A stretch of 64,000 nucleotides of DNA, taken from positions 192,001 through 256,000 of the forward strand of contig CAXXJV010000001.1 in the NCBI GenBank assembly GCA_963663475.2, given 5' to 3'. The position numbers were made by a program, and so were the translations under genes. Every line of letters starts with the position of its first letter. Position 1 is the first letter of the stretch. Below the pieces are notes generated by a model. It worked only from the letters and a program-made list of their open reading frames with translations. It was not told the origin of the DNA and did not search any database. This document shows, in pieces, positions 1 to 7,952 of this stretch. Source of the stretch: Candidatus Cloacimonadales bacterium (GTDB lineage: Bacteria > Cloacimonadota > Cloacimonadia > Cloacimonadales > JAFGVF01).

Positions 1-2980
1 TTCCATTTACTGCTACATCTACTGCATCGTCAGCAGGAGCAATATATTCTGTTGAGTCTGGAGCATTGCCTATGGTTGTAAATGACCAAGTAACCACATC
101 AAGTGCAGGTGTTTCACCAGCATAATTGCGATTAACAATTTTCCATTCATATTCAGTATTTGGAGTTAAACCTATTAGAGGATATTCTTCTACAGCAGGT
201 ATATCAGTTTCTACTTGAACCATAGAACCAACTTGACCAAAGTAAATATCTACTGTTTCTGTATAATCTGCATTATCCCAAGTTACAGTGAAGTTAGTTG
301 ATAAATCAACTGCATCATCACTAGGATATGGATTAGAAGCAGCTGCAGGAGCAGGAATATTCTCTGTATTGATAGTCATTGTAAATGGACCATTATTTGA
401 TCCATAACCTGTAACTACTATGTAATAGTCTCCAGCAGGAGCAAAAGAAGGATTCATTTTAGACCATAAAGCTCTATCTCTAGTTTTTACTTCTTCGATA
501 AATCCTCTTCCACCTGTACCAGCAGAAGTCTCATCATCGTTGTAGTACCATGCATCAGTAGAGGTAGTTGCTGTATCTATCTGATCGAAAGAATTAAACA
601 CAAAGAGTTTAGTATCCCATTCAGTTCCTTCAAGTGATATATCCATAACTTTTGCTTGTGGTAAAGTAAGTTTATAAACAACAGATGGACCTGTACAGAA
701 GCTATATGTTTGATTATAAATAGAAGTTGTATTTTGTTCTACAATTTGATCAGCTAAAACCAATGTGAATGGATCAGTATGTTCATCACCAGTAGTACTT
801 ATGATCTCAGTAGTAATATCAATATCATGATTTATGAAGGTAAATAAATCTAATTTTTCCTTTACTCTTAAATAAGAATCATGAACACCTACAAATGCTG
901 TTAATGCTTTAACATCAACGGTTATAAAGGTCTCAGGTTCCAATATATATGGAAGAGTATTTTCATTTATAACTTCGAAATAAGAAGGATGTCCAACAAC
1001 AATTTCAGTAATTTCTGCAGAAACAGCACCAACATTGCTAATAGTAACAGTTTGAGCTACAGCAGTTGTATCTCCCTCTAAATATGTACCACAATCAACT
1101 GCTTCAGGTGAAAATTCAATAACAGCTGCTGTTGGTATTTCTTCAATATTTACATTATCCAGATAGATACTTCTGGAAGTACCACCCAAACCATGTTTAA
1201 AGGCAACATGTTGTAATCCACCTTCACTTGGTAGGTCGACAATATATTGTGTTTGGGTATTTGTTAAATTAAGACTGTCTAATCTTGTAAAAGTTGTATC
1301 ATCTGTTGGGTCTGTCATTGTTCCAACATATAATACATAACCTGCACTTGCACCTCTAGCATAGAATCTAACTCTGTTGCCAGAATTTTCTATTAGTGGA
1401 GTTGACACGATTAAACTTCCACCACTAGAGACAGTACTATTAGTCATATAATAACTATTTGGTGCTGAAACAGGATAAGAAGTAGATACCCTAGTTGTTG
1501 CATTTGCATTTCCTGTTGTATTTACAGTTATCCAACCATTAAGATTATCTCCTGAAGCATATGTATCAAAGTTTTCCATAAATGGCACACTTGCCTCACC
1601 ATAAGCTGTTGTAAAAGACCAAACTTCTGAACTTGTTTCAATAGAAGTTTCATTATTAACAGCTACAACTTTCCAATAATACATAGTGTTATTGGTTAAG
1701 TTAGAAGTTGTATAAAGTAAATCACTAGCATCAAGATCTACAGGAACAGCTCCTGTAAAATCGATACTTTCTGATAGATAAAGTGTGAAGCCATCAGTAT
1801 CAGTTCCTTCACTTGTCCATTCCAAATCACTTATAAGTGGTAGATTTAAAGAACCATCAGCAGGAGATTCAAGATAAGGAGTTGCTGGGGTTCCTGGTAA
1901 AGGTACTGTATAGTTTATTTCAGTAGATGAATTTCCAGATGCTAATAAGTTTTCGAGATGATCATATAGATTAAATGAGCATTCTCCAGGGTAAGAACCA
2001 TTTGTATGGAAATCAGAAGTAATTGTTTGACCTTGTTCAACGTTAATAACAAATTGTACAAATGAACCTGTTGCTACAGTAATATCATCTAAAACAACTT
2101 CATCATCAACAAGAACGTCCATAGCAGCGCCATTCCAACCATCTCCATAAGAATCAAGTAATTCAAAAACAAAATTACCTGCTCCCAGAGCAGTTGTAAA
2201 TGAATATACTGAACTAGCCATTTCAGCACTAGTTGCACTAACCGCAACAACTTTCCAGTAATAAGTAGTACCACTTTCTAAAGAAACAGTATAAGGAGAA
2301 GTTGCAGGGTCAACAACAGTTGCATCTGTAAAAGCTAAATTATCAGCAATATATAATACTGTGTGATCAGTATTTGCACCAGTTGTCCATTCTAAATCTG
2401 TATCAATAGCTACAAGGGTTTCACCATTAGCAGGAGAAGTTAATGTTGGAGCATCAGGAGCTCCTGCTTCAAAGAGGGTAATTGTGAAATCCATATTTGA
2501 GCCCCAAGTAAAGCTTGCAGTGGCATCAAGTGGTAGAGAACCACCTTCTTCTTGCATAACTCTCATTCTTGTTGAACCTGTAAAGTCTGTTGGGACTGTG
2601 AAATTATAAGTTTCTATTGCTTCTGGAGTTCCAGCCCAATCTCCAATAAGTTCACTTTCAGCAAAAGTTCCATCACTATTCCAGTCAATCCATACTGAGC
2701 CTACACCAGAATAGGTATATAAAGGAGTTATATCACCCCAAGTGACTGATACATCATATGAATTACCAGCGATTAAAGTAGCGACTAATGCAGTTTGATT
2801 ATCTAAACCCATAACTGCTGCTGTTGGAGTATAATTAATACTTGAATTTTCTCCTATTAACGTAACATTCATTACATTAGAATCAGCAGTATTTGAAGGT
2901 CCATTTTCACTATAAACCTGAGCAAATAAGCTTGTTATCATTAAAACGCTTAGCAAAAGAGCTAATATAGTTTTTTTCAT
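1..2980 (-). CDS. Large secreted surface protein (GEVED-like N-domain, FN3-like and Ig-like modules), 3' end runs off the window; missing from the ORF track
   Basis: ATG at 2980 after GGGAG; signal peptide MKKTILALLLSVLMITSLFA; in frame at every point checked down to position 2 (~993 codons); motifs VWIDWNSDGTF..TRMRV and TYYWKVVA; segment ISLEGTEWDTKLFVFNSFDQID...WYYNDDE closely matches 27722..31753. Confidence 0.9.
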   Translation of the reverse strand, partial: MKKTILALLLSVLMITSLFAQVYSENGPSNTADSNVMNVTLIGENSSINYTPTAAVMGLDNQTALVATLIAGNSYDVSVTWGDITPLYTYSGVGSVWIDWNSDGTFAESELIGDWAGTPEAIETYNFTVPTDFTGSTRMRVMQEEGGSLPLDATASFTWGSNMDFTITLFEAGAPDAPTLTSPANGETLVAIDTDLEWTTGANTDHTVLYIADNLAFTDATVVDPATSPYTVSLESGTTYYWKVVAVSATSAEMASSVYSFTTALGAGNFVFELLDSYGDGWNGAAMDVLVDDEVVLDDITVATGSFVQFVINVEQGQTITSDFHTNGSYPGECSFNLYDHLENLLASGNSSTEINYTVPLPGTPATPYLESPADGSLNLPLISDLEWTSEGTDTDGFTLYLSESIDFTGAVPVDLDASDLLYTTSNLTNNTMYYWKVVAVNNETSIETSSEVWSFTTAYGEASVPFMENFDTYASGDNLNGWITVNTTGNANATTRVSTSYPVSAPNSYYMTNSTVSSGGSLIVSTPLIENSGNRVRFYARGASAGYVLYVGTMTDPTDDTTFTRLDSLNLTNTQTQYIVDLPSEGGLQHVAFKHGLGGTSRSIYLDNVNIEEIPTAAVIEFSPEAVDCGTYLEGDTTAVAQTVTISNVGAVSAEITEIVVGHPSYFEVINENTLPYILEPETFITVDVKALTAFVGVHDSYLRVKEKLDLFTFINHDIDITTEIISTTGDEHTDPFTLVLADQIVEQNTTSIYNQTYSFCTGPSVVYKLTLPQAKVMDISLEGTEWDTKLFVFNSFDQIDTATTSTDAWYYNDDETSAGTGGRGFIEEVKTRDRALWSKMNPSFAPAGDYYIVVTGYGSNNGPFTMTINTENIPAPAAASNPYPSDDAVDLSTNFTVTWDNADYTETVDIYFGQVGSMVQVETDIPAVEEYPLIGLTPNTEYEWKIVNRNYAGETPALDVVTWSFTTIGNAPDSTEYIAPADDAVDVAVNG

Positions 2981-3073
2981 AATTTTTTTCTCCCATAACA
3001 TTTTAGTGTTATTGTTTTTTGGGTGTAACATATAATTGAAAGTGTTGAAAAATTTCCACAAGTTGGCCGCTAA

Positions 3074-3240
3074 TGATTACTGTGGTGAGGTAATCAAAAG
3101 CGTACCAGACATTGCTTTACGAATTTTTTAAAACTTCTCAATGTGCTGTTACTTATTTAATTTTTACTTACTTAGGTGGTCTAGCAATTTGTTAATTTCT
3201 TACGAGAATTACAGTGGTGACGTAATTACTCATTTAACAA
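3074..3240 (-). promoter_or_regulatory. Two hairpins with 9-nt NGTGGTGAN loops in the putative long leader of the 1..2980 gene
   Basis: TGATTAC-tgtggtgag-GTAATCA at 3074-3096 and AATTAC-agtggtgac-GTAATT at 3207-3227; similar element at 31809-31842. Confidence 0.45.
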
Positions 3241-3387
3241 ATCCTAAACATACACCCCAGTTTCTTAATCCTTAGCCTTAATCACTGGTCTTGGCTACTT
3301 TCTTATAGTAGTGTGGTGGCATTTCTAATGATACATAGCCAAGAGTGACCAAAGAAAAGATCGATTTCTCTTCAATTCTAAGAACAT

Positions 3388-3415
3388 TTTATACTTGATT
3401 GATTTTATCTGTCAA
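3388..3415 (-). promoter_or_regulatory. Putative sigma70 promoter for the 1..2980 gene
   Basis: Minus strand TTGACA (3410-3415), 16 nt, TATAAA. Confidence 0.45.
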
Positions 3416-3562
3416 TATCTTTTTTAATCTATTTTATATTTTTCTCATTTTTGCTACAGTTTCTGAAATTATGTTTTTAATTATTGACTTGCAAATATCG
3501 GCATTTGAAATACATTTTAAGCAATTTTTTTTATTTCTCTGATCAAAATCCTTCTAACATGA

Positions 3563-3631
3563 CTAATCCTTCCTTTACAGTCTTTCGATGAAAGTCCAGG
3601 TTTCATCGAAAGACTGTAAAGGAAGGATTAG
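3563..3631. repeat. Perfect 31-bp inverted repeat with 7-nt loop (copy 1)
   Basis: ctaatccttcctttacagtctttcgatgaaa-gtccagg-tttcatcgaaagactgtaaaggaaggattag; second copy at 53164-53230. Confidence 0.95.
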
Positions 3632-3824
3632 GGATCTTCAAGCTAGGAAGGGAAATTCTAATTATTTTTGCAAAAGTGGTCAATTTATGAAAAAATGGCT
3701 CCTTAAAGATTATGAGGACTCATAAAATTAAAATAAATTTACATGAATGATAGAGCATTAAAGGTCAATAACCCGATGTTCTTATGATAAAACAATCTAA
3801 CACTTATAAAAGGAGGTTAAAACA

Positions 3825-4142
3825 ATGGTTATTGTCGGTTTTAAATTACCCCATGGATTAAAAGCTAAAGCAAAAAGAAATGGATACGCATTTGCTAAAT
3901 ACTCTAATCAACTAAACTATCACCTAAAAAAGAAAAATTCTCCCCCAATTGTGGAAAAACATCAACACTTTGGACAAATTATGAAGCAATTAAAACTTGC
4001 CTATAAAGACCTTAGTGATGAAGATAGACAAGCTTTAAGGCAAAGAAGAAAAGAGGAAGGAAGTACTAAGTCGGACTGGATACACTTTATCAGAGAATAT
4101 TATCAGAAGGAGACAGGAAGACAAAGACAAAGAGAAAGATAG
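3825..4142 (+). CDS. Small basic hypothetical protein (105 aa), possibly nucleic-acid binding
   Basis: Strong RBS AAAGGAGG before ATG; K/R-rich; helical motif FGQIMKQLKLAYKDLSDEDRQAL. Confidence 0.7.
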   Translation: MVIVGFKLPHGLKAKAKRNGYAFAKYSNQLNYHLKKKNSPPIVEKHQHFGQIMKQLKLAYKDLSDEDRQALRQRRKEEGSTKSDWIHFIREYYQKETGRQRQRER

Positions 4143-4155
4143 TTTCACTAAGAAA

Positions 4156-4256
4156 CTATGGACTGAACCATCCTTGCTCTCAGAAGATTGTGCAAGCAAG
4201 GATGCTACCAATAACTGGGAAAGCGGGCATCCCTGCCCGTACCGCTAACTAACTGG
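4156..4256. repeat. REP/REPIN cluster forming the 3' exon side of the intron
   Basis: ctatggactgaaccatccttgctctcag...tgcaagcaaggatgcta doublet (inverse of 6228-6295) and CTGGGAAAGCGGGCATCCCTGCCCG hairpin. Confidence 0.8.
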
Positions 4257-6176
4257 ATAGGGGTAGGGGAGCTACCATTACTGACTCCCCTCCCTCCGAA
4301 CCGTACGTGCGGTTCTCCCGCATACGGCTCTCCAGATAATAATTTACTCTCTGTGTAGAGATTGACATAATTGACGATGGGTTTCGGTTAATGAGAGAAG
4401 CCCAGCGTCTTCAAAGATTTTGTTTGGGTATCTGAAATTATCTCTATATGTTGTTGCAATTCCTTTTCGTTTTTCAAACTTCTTTAGTATACTTCTTAGT
4501 CTTCGTCTTATCCATCCGTCCATATCTGGAAAAGTTGTTTTGTAGCAGTGTTTGTAATATTCAAACCAGCCTCGTATAATCGGATTTATCCTCTTGATTA
4601 TTTCTTTTAAACTTTTCCCATTTGTTCTTCTGGTATGTTTCCTAATACTATCCCTGAATTTCTTTTCACTCTTACGTTTAGGAAACTTTCAGAAAATCTT
4701 TGTCTTCTCGTAGTTCTTAGATTTAACAAATCTATATCCCAAAAATCCTATCTCATCTTGCATACTATCAAGTATTTTAGTTTTGGTAGGATGGAGAATT
4801 AACTCAGCTTTTTCTGTCCATTCCTTTACTGTTTCAAGTGCTTCTTCTGATTCTTTCTGGCTTCTACACATAATTATAAAGTCATCTGCATATCTTACCA
4901 TTTGATAGTTTTTACTACTTATTAACCAGTCAAACTTATTTAGATAGATATTTGCTAATAATGGACTTAATACTGCACCTTGTGGTGTTCCTTTTTCGGG
5001 AATCCATGTATCTAGCCCATTAAATATACTTTGATTCAGAAATTTCTGAATTAGTTCTAGTACACGACTATCAGATATCTCTTCTTTTACTAAATCCATT
5101 AACTTTGATTTAGGTATTGTATCAAAATATCCTTTTAAGTCTGCATCAACTACATATCGATAGCCTCTTTTAAGGTTATTATACACTATTCTGAGTGCAT
5201 CTTTACAACTTCTTTTAGGTCTAAAACCAAAGCTATTTTCTGAAAATTTGATTTCAAATATTGGCTCGATTACATTCCTTATTGCTGTTTGAACTATTCT
5301 GTCTTCAACTGTTGGAATGCCTAAAGGTCGCTTTTCCTTACTTCCAGGTTTATCTATCATTACCCTTTTAATTGCATTTGGCTCGTATTCCTGCATTTCT
5401 AATCGCTTAGCTAATCTTTGCAACCTTTGTTCTACATGTTTCTCATAATGAGAGATACTCATATTATCAACGCCTGCACTTCCTTTATTAGCTTTTACTC
5501 TTTTCCATGCTGATAATAGATTGTCTTTTGAATATACTTTATCTATTAAGCTAAACCATTTGCCTCCTTTGACTCCCCTTTGGAGAGCTGTCAACATTTT
5601 GTCTGTCCAGACAGACGATTCAGTCCATTTCCACTCTAATCTTATGAGAGAATTTTCTTCTTGTCCTTGTCTAGTCTTTTGTGACACTAACGAACATTTG
5701 TCTTTCATCTGTTTTTCCTTTTAAAATTTTATTATCCTGCTCCCCTTCGCTACTTTCAGGTTATGTTGTCCTGAATATCAACACTACTATGAGAGCTCTG
5801 ACTCCTGAATACATCTCTACCTATATTCAGGTCTCATAGCTTACCGATAACGACCTTCTTACCATTCCATCTCCAACCACATCTAACGTCCTGATATAGC
5901 TTACCGTTCAAACATCATACAGCTTATCAGGTGTATGGCAAGCGGTGTAGGTTCTCACACCTTCCTGCAATACCATCATCAGTTTTCACCTTGCAATCGG
6001 AGGCTCAACACTATTAGCTGCCGAATCGAGTTCACTTATGTTACGGACTGGTATTTCACTTCCAGTTACTCCCCACCCAACCTCACGGTTACGCAGTTAC
6101 TTTCAGTTACAGAACTTTTGATGTAAGTTCTGAGTAGGACTTTCACCTACCTGATAGTTATCTATCACTATCGTAC
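4257..6176 (-). mobile_element. Group II intron (~1.92 kb) with RT/maturase ORF, no endonuclease domain
   Basis: Minus strand: 5' GTACG at 6176 (variant of GUGYG); domain V GAGCCGTATGCGGGAGAACCGCACGTACGGTTC with AGC triad; domain VI GGGGAG...CTCCCCTACCCCTAT ending at 4257 (+/-1). Confidence 0.9.
4344..5708 (-). pseudogene. ltrA: Group II intron reverse transcriptase/maturase interrupted by an in-frame TGA (4689-4691)
   Basis: RPLGIPTVEDRIVQ, GTPQGAVLSPLLANIYL, RYADD, FLGY; after the TGA the same frame continues KFPKRKSEKKFRDSIRKHTRR...INPIIRGWFEYYK...MDGWIRRRLR (domain X) to TAA at 4344-4346. Confidence 0.85.
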
Positions 6177-6530
6177 GGTCGCGGGATTCTAGCCCGCGGT
6201 TACGCAGATTACAAGTGGTTACGGGGCCTATGGAGTGGAAGCATCCTTGCTTGCACACACATTATTCTGAGACCAGGGATGGTCTCAGTCCATAGTTTTT
6301 TTAGCCCGCATTTACGCAGATGACAAGCGGTTACGGGAACGGGTCGCGGGATTCTAGCCCGCGGTTACGCAGGTTAAAAAGTGGTTACGGTGCCTATGGA
6401 GTGTGGAAGCATCCTTGCTTGCACACACATTATACTGAGACCAGGGATGGTCTCAGTCCATATTTTTTTAGCCCGCGGTTACGTAGATAAAAAAGTGGTT
6501 ACAGGATTAACCAGCATTCCTGCTAGCATC
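6177..6530 (+). repeat. REP cluster upstream of RAYT (GGTCGCGGGATTCTAGCCCGCG hairpins plus two REPIN doublets)
   Basis: Hairpin copies at 6177 and ~6342, half copies ~6300 and ~6470; tatggagt(gt)ggaagcatccttgcttgcac...ctgagaccagggatggtctcagtccata doublets at ~6228 and ~6394. Confidence 0.85.
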
Positions 6531-6653
6531 TAATGTATCAAAATGAGCAAACAGCATCTTTTTTTTGGGCTAAAAATTCCTTACCCTGTATCCCATTTTC
6601 CTTTAACAAATGAATAATCTATCTATATTACATCCCCAAAAATACGATAATTA

Positions 6654-6681
6654 TTGACAAATAAGTAATATTATCTATAAA
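6654..6681 (+). promoter_or_regulatory. Putative sigma70 promoter of RAYT
   Basis: TTGACA 6654-6659, 16 nt, TATAAA; AGGAGG RBS before ATG 6709. Confidence 0.5.
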
Positions 6682-6708
6682 AGACATATCATGTAGGAGG
6701 TTATTGTA

Positions 6709-7278
6709 ATGAATAAAGATTTAGAAACTAACAAGGGCTGGTACAAAAGAAAATATTTACCCCATTATGATCAGGAAAGAATATATCAGCATATTACATT
6801 TAGACTATTTGATTCTGTACCAAAATCACAAATTGAAAAATGGAAAAATGTTTTACTTGCTAGTAAATCAATGATTGATGATAGTGAATTAGGATTACAA
6901 ATAAAATTACAAGCGAAAATTACGGAATTTGAAGATAAAGGCTTTGGTAATTGCTATTTGCAAAACTCACAAGTGAGACATATTGTTGAAAACTCTCTAC
7001 TTTTCTTCAATGAAAAAAGATACAAATTAATTGAATGGAAAATTATGCCTAATCATGTTCATGTATTAATTGAAGTTTTTGCAGGTGAAAATTTGCCTAA
7101 AATCGTATATAGTTGGAAATCTTATACTGCCAATAAATGCAATAAAATACTTAATCGTAAAGGAAAATTCTGGATGGATGATTATTATGACACTTTCATT
7201 AGAAATGAACAACATTTTTTGAAAGTAATTGAATATATAAGAAATAATGATAAACCACAAGATGAGAAAAGATGCTAA
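6709..7278 (+). CDS. REP-associated tyrosine transposase (RAYT, Y1 HUH family)
   Basis: LPHYD...HITFRL.DS N-terminus, HUH motif IMPNHVHVL, WKSYTA, FW.DDYYD..IRN, candidate catalytic Tyr in EYIRNN; flanked by oppositely oriented REP clusters. Confidence 0.9.
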   Translation: MNKDLETNKGWYKRKYLPHYDQERIYQHITFRLFDSVPKSQIEKWKNVLLASKSMIDDSELGLQIKLQAKITEFEDKGFGNCYLQNSQVRHIVENSLLFFNEKRYKLIEWKIMPNHVHVLIEVFAGENLPKIVYSWKSYTANKCNKILNRKGKFWMDDYYDTFIRNEQHFLKVIEYIRNNDKPQDEKRC

Positions 7279-7440
7279 CTTGTAAGGCAGGACGGTCTGT
7301 GTAAAAAAGAAATAATCTATTCACTAATTTCACTAATTTCACTAAGAATTGGATTAAGATTTCGGGGAAATTCCATAAAATAACTGAAAGTGATAAATAC
7401 TTTAGTTCAAGGTAAAAGCCAGTAAGGCTGGTAAAGTTTC

Positions 7441-7806
7441 GTAAGCACTTGATATCTGAGTAACCGCGGGCTGGAATCCCGCGACCCATTCCCGTAACCA
7501 CTTGTCTTATGCGTAAACGCGGGCTGGAATCCCGCGACCCAATCCCATAACCACTTTTTATCTGCGTAAACGCGGGCTGGAATCCCGCGGCCCATTCCCG
7601 TAAGCACTTGATATCTGAGTAACCGCGGGCTGGAATCCCGCGACCCAATCCCATAACCACTTTTTATCTGCGTAAACGCGGGCTGGAATCCCGCGACCCA
7701 ATCCCGTAAGCACTCGCCTTCTGCGTAATCGCGGGCTGGAATCCCGCGACCCAATCCCGTAAGCACTTGATATCTACGTAACCGCGGGCTGGAATCCCGC
7801 GACCCA
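7441..7806 (-). repeat. Tandem array of seven 53-bp REP units
   Basis: CGCGGGCTGGAATCCCGCG hairpins at 7465, 7518, 7571, 7624, 7677, 7730, 7783, opposite in orientation to the 6177-6530 cluster. Confidence 0.95.
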
Positions 7807-7842
7807 AAGGCGTGCATAACTTTAGCTTTAGGCAAACAAACA

Positions 7843-7869
7843 AAAAGCCCCAGCTTTAGCCAGGGCTTT
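7843..7869 (-). terminator. Putative intrinsic terminator of the 10742-7953 operon
   Basis: aaagccc-cagctttagcca-gggcttt with A-tract on the + strand. Confidence 0.45.
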
Positions 7870-7952
7870 AATTTATTTGAGTTTGCGGACAAGGATGTCC
7901 ACCTTCCCAGTTAGGAAGATGCCTGCAAGGATGCAAGCGCTCCCAGTGTTAA

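Noticed and set aside
2089-2274. Short ORFs nested in or antisense to long genes (also 8748-10195, 14975, 16281, 19143, 24447, 25718, 26689, 28302, 29580, 58624, 59222, 60653, 63562)
   Set aside because: Shadow frames of well-supported CDSs with no independent motifs
4689-4691. Genome-wide TGA recoding or selenocysteine
   Set aside because: TGA ends xseA, istA and Lrp normally, and the position is not a redox Cys site
4344-5708. Retron, DGR or defence-associated reverse transcriptase
   Set aside because: Domain X plus canonical domains V/VI directly downstream identify a group II intron; no TR/VR pair or msr-msd seen
7199-7892. ORFs with GRGIPAR/WVAGFQP repeats (also 17958-18245, 22278-23279, 44075-44532, 46835-47554, 52854-53801)
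   Set aside because: Translations of non-coding repeats; the 53-bp period cycles through all frames and there are no RBSs
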